DNA of 64,000 nt from Candidatus Bathyarchaeota archaeon (GTDB lineage Archaea; Thermoproteota; Bathyarchaeia; Bathyarchaeales; Bathycorpusculaceae): positions 1-64,000 of the forward strand of contig CAVYHV010000023.1 in NCBI GenBank assembly GCA_963768425.1, written 5' to 3'. A program made the position numbers and the translations under genes. The notes under the pieces were generated by a model, which worked only from the letters and a program-made list of their open reading frames with translations, did not search any database and was not told the origin of the DNA. This document shows, in pieces, positions 59,399 to 64,000 of the stretch. The number at the start of each line of letters is the position of its first letter. Within the stretch, counting starts at the first letter, position 1.

Positions 59399-59491
59399 AT
59401 GAAGTCTTCAACTAAAAAAATCTTGGTCCTCGGCATCATCGTGCTTTTCGTAATTTCAATAGTGGCAGGCATCCTCGCAGGGCACCTTTGA
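59399..59491 (+). CDS. 30-aa single-TM microprotein
   Basis: MKSSTKKILVLGIIVLFVISIVAGILAGHL*; AGGA SD-like sequence upstream. Confidence 0.6.
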   Translation: MKSSTKKILVLGIIVLFVISIVAGILAGHL

Positions 59492-59574
59492 GAGTTGTAT
59501 TTGTGCTGTACGTATCTACAAGTTATAGTCAAAATCCACAGAGTTTAAATTAAAGACAGACAAAAAATAATGAC

Positions 59575-59706
59575 ATGCCAAAACAAAGCAACCAAAAACT
59601 AGAACAAGTATTCACCAAACTACCCGAGCAGGGTTATTCAAAAAATGCCACTAACTTGATTTGGCAATGGTACCATCCTTACAAGAAAGCCGAACCCATT
59701 TTCTAA
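59575..59706 (+). CDS. 43-aa microprotein
   Basis: MPKQSNQKLEQVFTKLPEQGYSKNATNLIWQWYHPYKKAEPIF*; TTTAAAT box about 25-30 nt upstream. Confidence 0.55.
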   Translation: MPKQSNQKLEQVFTKLPEQGYSKNATNLIWQWYHPYKKAEPIF

Positions 59707-59754
59707 CTAATGCGTCAATAGAAAGACTTAACAAGTTTTAGCGCAGAATTTCTT

Positions 59755-60075
59755 TTGGAGAATTTGGAAATGGAAACAAAAAATTCTAACGTTGGAAAAT
59801 TTTTTGATTTTAACATAAACGGGTATGGAGTTGTTACCCACGAAGTAAAAATGGACTACAAAACTTGGTCACCAGTTATTCAAATCTTAAAATTTACAGA
59901 CGATGCACATAAAGATCAAATAACCCTTCGATTCGGATATTGCGATAACACTGGAAAACTGATTCCAAAACCACTATACCTTACTGAAAGTCAATTGACC
60001 GATTTGGGAAAAGAAGCCGCAAAAGACCCTGAAATTAAGAATTTGCTCAAAGGCTTCTGCGACCAAATCAGGTAA
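59755..60075 (+). CDS. Hypothetical protein
   Basis: 106-aa ORF with globular composition. Confidence 0.7.
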   Translation: MENLEMETKNSNVGKFFDFNINGYGVVTHEVKMDYKTWSPVIQILKFTDDAHKDQITLRFGYCDNTGKLIPKPLYLTESQLTDLGKEAAKDPEIKNLLKGFCDQIR

Positions 60076-60139
60076 CTCAACTAAAACTTCCACATAGCCA
60101 ACAAGTTTAATAGCCATTTTTCACTCCTATGAATTAACC

Positions 60140-60481
60140 GTGGAGCTGCAAATTTTGGGCGCAATAGATCAGGTATTTCACTTCATTACTTCTGGAAGCA
60201 TTTTTGGCTTGCCACCCATTGCAATAATGATAATAATATTTGTCGTTGGATTGATCGTAGGCTACCTCGTCCATTTATTCTTAAAGATCGCAATTATAGC
60301 GGCAATCATATTATTCGTAGTTGCCTACTTCGGCTTTTTCAGCCTAAGTCTGGGCTCATTGAAAAATTATGCCACTCAATATGGGCCAATTGTGTATCAA
60401 TACGGTGCACTCATAATAGGCATACTACCGCTAAGCATCGGATTCGTAATAGGTATAATCATAGGCTTCGTACTGTCGTAA
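60140..60481 (+). CDS. Small membrane protein (FUN14-like)
   Basis: G.IVGY....LK.A, GF.IG...G pattern; 3 TM segments. Confidence 0.7.
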   Translation: MELQILGAIDQVFHFITSGSIFGLPPIAIMIIIFVVGLIVGYLVHLFLKIAIIAAIILFVVAYFGFFSLSLGSLKNYATQYGPIVYQYGALIIGILPLSIGFVIGIIIGFVLS

Positions 60482-60631
60482 GCTGAAAAGCCAGTGTGCC
60501 AAAGAGTGGAAACCAATCGCATACACTTAACGTAAGATGTGAGTCGAAAAAGCAACGGAATCATCCTGATTCACAGTGCACGGGATTCATTGAAGAGTCT
60601 TGGTAGAATCCCCTTTGTTTTTTGACATTAA

Positions 60632-60760
60632 CTATTCGCAGTCAACTAGATGGGCTGTTCCGTCTGGACAATAAACTTTCTCGCCCACCGAAACATGGGC
60701 AAAGCGAAGCTTACATTCAGAAAGTTGCCTTTCGCATCCGTCACAATCACGAGATAACAT
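60632..60760 (-). CDS. 42-aa Cys/His microprotein (putative zinc finger)
   Basis: MLSRDCDGCERQLSECKLRFAHVSVGEKVYCPDGTAHLVDCE*; AGGTG SD 5 nt upstream. Confidence 0.7.
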   Translation of the reverse strand: MLSRDCDGCERQLSECKLRFAHVSVGEKVYCPDGTAHLVDCE

Positions 60761-60968
60761 TTCAACACCTAACCATGACACGCGTCATAAGTCGCTTATA
60801 CAACTTTCCACCGCCGTAAACCAAACTCAATGGGAGACCAAGAGAAAACAGAAAACATTCAATCCATGCTTCAAAGCTGATGGTAATAATTTGATAGCAA
60901 GTCAGTTAAGAATTTTGAACAATGAATACAACTATCATAATTGGAAACAGAAATTGGAAAAGCTTGCT

Positions 60969-61046
60969 TTAGTGTAAATTCACTTCCATAAGTGGATCCG
61001 CAATGGCGGTTGAACATGCTGTTGCTTGAGTTTTTTCGATGCACAT
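60969..61046 (-). CDS. 25-aa peptide with strong Shine-Dalgarno
   Basis: MCIEKTQATACSTAIADPLMEVNLH* preceded by AAGGAGGTG. Confidence 0.45.
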   Translation of the reverse strand: MCIEKTQATACSTAIADPLMEVNLH

Positions 61047-61335
61047 CTTTAAACTCCCACCTCCTTTTGCATTCTCTCCCGAAATAAGGCTTATCGGTTA
61101 GAGATTTGTTACAAAAAAGCCAACTATTTTGTTGAACGGTTACCTGATCTTTACTTAAATGAAAGATAGGTGCGACTAGTGAAGCCTCAGTTTCCCCATA
61201 TTAATTGTTCTTCACTATTCAGACGGCTCTTCATGCATCATTGGCTTCAACTAAAAAAGAACCAACTGGAAAATAAACATTAATGAAAAATCTTTAAGCA
61301 ACTAAGCAGCATATCATTCAGACTGGTGTCAACGG

Positions 61336-61536
61336 TTGAGTGGAGAACGTTTTATTCACGCAGGGATCTTCTTTCTATTACTTATTGGCTTAGCGGTTTT
61401 TGGTTCCTGGGAGGCTTACACCAACCTGCATAATAACATTTTTCTTGCATTCGCCGGCATCGTTTTAAGCTGTGGAATAGTTCTTTTGGCACTGTACGTT
61501 GTTTTCAAGCGGCTTGGCTGGGAATGGTGGAGCTAA
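61336..61536 (+). CDS. Small two-TM membrane protein
   Basis: Two hydrophobic helices, GGTG SD, TTTAAG box upstream. Confidence 0.65.
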   Translation: MSGERFIHAGIFFLLLIGLAVFGSWEAYTNLHNNIFLAFAGIVLSCGIVLLALYVVFKRLGWEWWS

Positions 61537-61595
61537 AAACCACAAAATCAAGTTTAAAATAATGATTAAAAAGAGAATAAGTCTTGGGAGCTTGC

Positions 61596-61991
61596 TTACT
61601 TTGCCCTTACGATTTTAACTCTGCCCAGTATTTTCCAGTACTCGATTTCGGTGCCGGGAGTCAGCTTTGATTTCTGAACGTCTTCCTCATCTGGGAAGGG
61701 AGCATCAATGTATTCGTATGTTTCCAGATCCATGATTTGCACGCCGGTTGGGTTCACAGCGAAAACTTGACCCGCTCGTTTGTCGATTATTGGAACTTCT
61801 GCGCCGAGGTCAACTGGCTTAACGAACTGTCGCTTTTGCTTGTCAAACACGCCGATTGCGACGATTCTGGCTTTTGCGGAACCGTGTTTTCCAGGTTTAG
61901 ATTTGGCGATGTCCACTATACGGCAGGGTTCTCCCTCAATCATCATGTAACCGCCAACCCGCAACTCTCCGACATCAACAGGTTTACTCAT
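61596..61991 (-). CDS. eif5a: Translation factor aIF5A
   Basis: SKPGKHGSAK hypusine motif, QIMDLETYE. Confidence 0.97.
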   Translation of the reverse strand: MSKPVDVGELRVGGYMMIEGEPCRIVDIAKSKPGKHGSAKARIVAIGVFDKQKRQFVKPVDLGAEVPIIDKRAGQVFAVNPTGVQIMDLETYEYIDAPFPDEEDVQKSKLTPGTEIEYWKILGRVKIVRAK

Positions 61992-62323
61992 ACAACCACC
62001 AACAGTACACTTTCTAACCAAAACATTCTGAACAACAGCCATATATAGATATTTATCAAGTTTTCAATGTCTGTGAAACATTTAGATTTTCTATTATAAT
62101 TTACATGATGTAATAGGTCTCATTATCATGTTGAAGAGCAGAGTTTTACATAAAAGCAGTGTGAAGGATCAGTTTTTTCCTTGTGCTTTCTTTATCTGCA
62201 GAAGTTCTTGATAAATGAGTGTACTTAGGTACATAACATTATGAACTTTGAACCCATAGCGATAATTCAAAGAGTAAGAGGGTCTATGGAATATAGGTCA
62301 TCAAAGGCGAAATAACAGCCCCG

Positions 62324-62779
62324 TTATGTTAAGTTTGCACCGCAGTTAACACATCTGGAAGCATCCGGTTTATTTTTGGTTCCACAGTATGAACAAATTA
62401 TCATTCCTGGGGTTGTACCTTTAGTTGAAGCCTGTGTTTGGGCTTTGATGATGTTTTCTCTTATTATTCTGTAAGCTTTTTCTGCGTCGGTATTGGGTAT
62501 ATCGTTAAGTAGAAGAGGCGGCACCACGGACCTTAAGGTGCATTTGATTGTCGAACGCAATATTCCTTTGTCTATGATTGCATTTTCGAAGTCCATATAG
62601 TTGTAGTCGGTGTAGTCTTTTTTTAGTCTGAGTGCGTGAGGATGACGCAAAATTACTCGTTGGTTAGTTATGACAACTGAGTCGATATCAATTTTGAGAT
62701 GATAAAACTTCTGCTTAATATAAAGTTCAACAGTTTCGTTTGGGTCAAGAATGTCTTTCAAATCATCAGGAGTCGCCAT
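62324..62779 (-). CDS. Bacterial-type PH domain protein with C-terminal zinc ribbon
   Basis: L.PNE.V, VVITNQRVI, KGILRST; CSYCG..C.NCG. Confidence 0.8.
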   Translation of the reverse strand: MATPDDLKDILDPNETVELYIKQKFYHLKIDIDSVVITNQRVILRHPHALRLKKDYTDYNYMDFENAIIDKGILRSTIKCTLRSVVPPLLLNDIPNTDAEKAYRIIRENIIKAQTQASTKGTTPGMIICSYCGTKNKPDASRCVNCGANLT

Positions 62780-63029
62780 AATCTTCATCGATGTTAAGAA
62801 GCTTTGACAGTTATTTATCTCTTAGACAGAGTACCTGAACATAGACCACAATACCAATATTAGATAGATTTCGCATCAAAAAAATTGTCACTTGAGTAAT
62901 TGCACTAGCTCAAAGAAATGTTGCAATCAAACCCCGAAAGCACACCTACATAGTTATAAAAAACACCGAAAGGCAAATACTTGACCAGCTATCATGAAAT
63001 CAGGTTTATTGTTTACTCGGTGAGTCGAG

Positions 63030-64000
63030 ATGAGCGAAGATTTAGTGATTCAGACAAGTGGGCTTCGTAAAACTTTCGTTTCCACGGGGAGAGGGGGAAA
63101 GAAAGAGGTAGAAGCTGTCAAGGGTATTGACCTTAGCGTTAGGAAAGGGGAGATCTTCGGTTTTCTGGGCCCTAACGGCGCCGGTAAATCCACTACGCAG
63201 AAGATGCTTTCCACATTACTATGTCCAACTGGTGGAGAAGCCAAAGTTTTGGGATATAACTTGGCTGAACAGCAAGAGCAGATTAGACAGAACATTGGCT
63301 GCGTGAGTCAAGCAGGCGGAGCAGACCTGTCATCTACAGGACTTGAAAACCTTGTCTTGCAAGCACAACTTTATGGTTTAGATGATTTGACTGCAAAGAA
63401 ATACGCCTCCGAATTCGTAGAGCGCTTCCAAATGAGCTCATTTATAGAGAGACCTGCCCAATCCTATTCAGGCGGCCAAAAGCGACGACTGGACATTGCA
63501 CTTGGAATGATTCATCATCCAAAGCTGCTTCTTCTCGATGAGCCGACAACAGGCCTTGACCCGCAAAGCAGAGCCTATCTATGGGGAGAAATAAGAAAAC
63601 TCAAAGATGCGGGAGTCACCATCTTCTTAACGACGCAGTATATGGATGAAGCTGACAAGCTTTGCGATGTAATTGCGATTATAGATGACGGAAAAATCAT
63701 AGTGACAGGAACGCCAAACGAGTTGAAAAGCTCTGTCGGCGGCGACCACATCGTTTTTAGTTTTCTGTCGGAAGAAATCGCGCACAGGGGTGAAACATTG
63801 TTAACCGAGAAGGTTAAAGTAGAGAAGATTCAAACCAAAAGCAACGCATTGCATCTTACCATTAAGGATGGGGAGAGAATTATGCCTGATCTGCTACGGT
63901 CACTCGACGCAAACGGCTTGGAGGCACAAACCGTAACCCTGTCTAGACCAAGTTTAGATGATGTTTTTCTTAAGTACACGGGTCGTTCGCTTAGGGAGGA
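63030..64000 (+). CDS. ABC-2 exporter ATP-binding subunit (DrrA-like), runs off the window end
   Basis: Manual translation MSEDLVIQTSGLRK..AVKGIDL..GPNGAGKST..YSGGQKRR..LDEPTTGLDP..PSLDDVFLKYTGRSLRE. Confidence 0.93.
   Translation, partial: MSEDLVIQTSGLRKTFVSTGRGGKKEVEAVKGIDLSVRKGEIFGFLGPNGAGKSTTQKMLSTLLCPTGGEAKVLGYNLAEQQEQIRQNIGCVSQAGGADLSSTGLENLVLQAQLYGLDDLTAKKYASEFVERFQMSSFIERPAQSYSGGQKRRLDIALGMIHHPKLLLLDEPTTGLDPQSRAYLWGEIRKLKDAGVTIFLTTQYMDEADKLCDVIAIIDDGKIIVTGTPNELKSSVGGDHIVFSFLSEEIAHRGETLLTEKVKVEKIQTKSNALHLTIKDGERIMPDLLRSLDANGLEAQTVTLSRPSLDDVFLKYTGRSLRE

Overview
Archaeal chromosomal segment, most consistent with Bathyarchaeia (TACK); this is inferred from gene content and order plus frequent TTG/GTG starts. 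It is mostly housekeeping. Replication: GINS23-MCM, RFC S/L, PCNA, PriL/PriS, GINS15. Transcription: Rpo12/11/4, TFS. Translation and RNA modification: tRNA-Leu(GAG), L44e, S27e, L10e, L21e, aIF5A, SRP54, Trm5, Trm112, Tyw1, Trm11-like, METTL5, HemK2, KsgA, Pus10, Dph2, Nop10. Metabolism: nucleotide-sugar genes, guaA, gdhA, ppsA. About eight single-base frameshifts, one in MCM, suggest an unpolished assembly. No CRISPR array, integrase or transposase was seen. Most notable observations: (1) a dispersed non-coding element in three copies, each an exact 10-bp-period mini-array joined to a conserved ~50-bp flank; (2) aIF2-alpha reduced to an internally deleted relic in its conserved operon; (3) an in-frame TAG in dph2; (4) a YVTN beta-propeller fused to a catalytically dead site-2-protease-like membrane domain; (5) an intact UDP-sugar dehydrogenase lacking its catalytic motifs; (6) a long bactofilin-like gene; (7) a cluster of unannotated microproteins at 59-61.5 kb; (8) a decayed tRNA-linked islet at the left end. 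All family calls are by motif recognition, without database searches.
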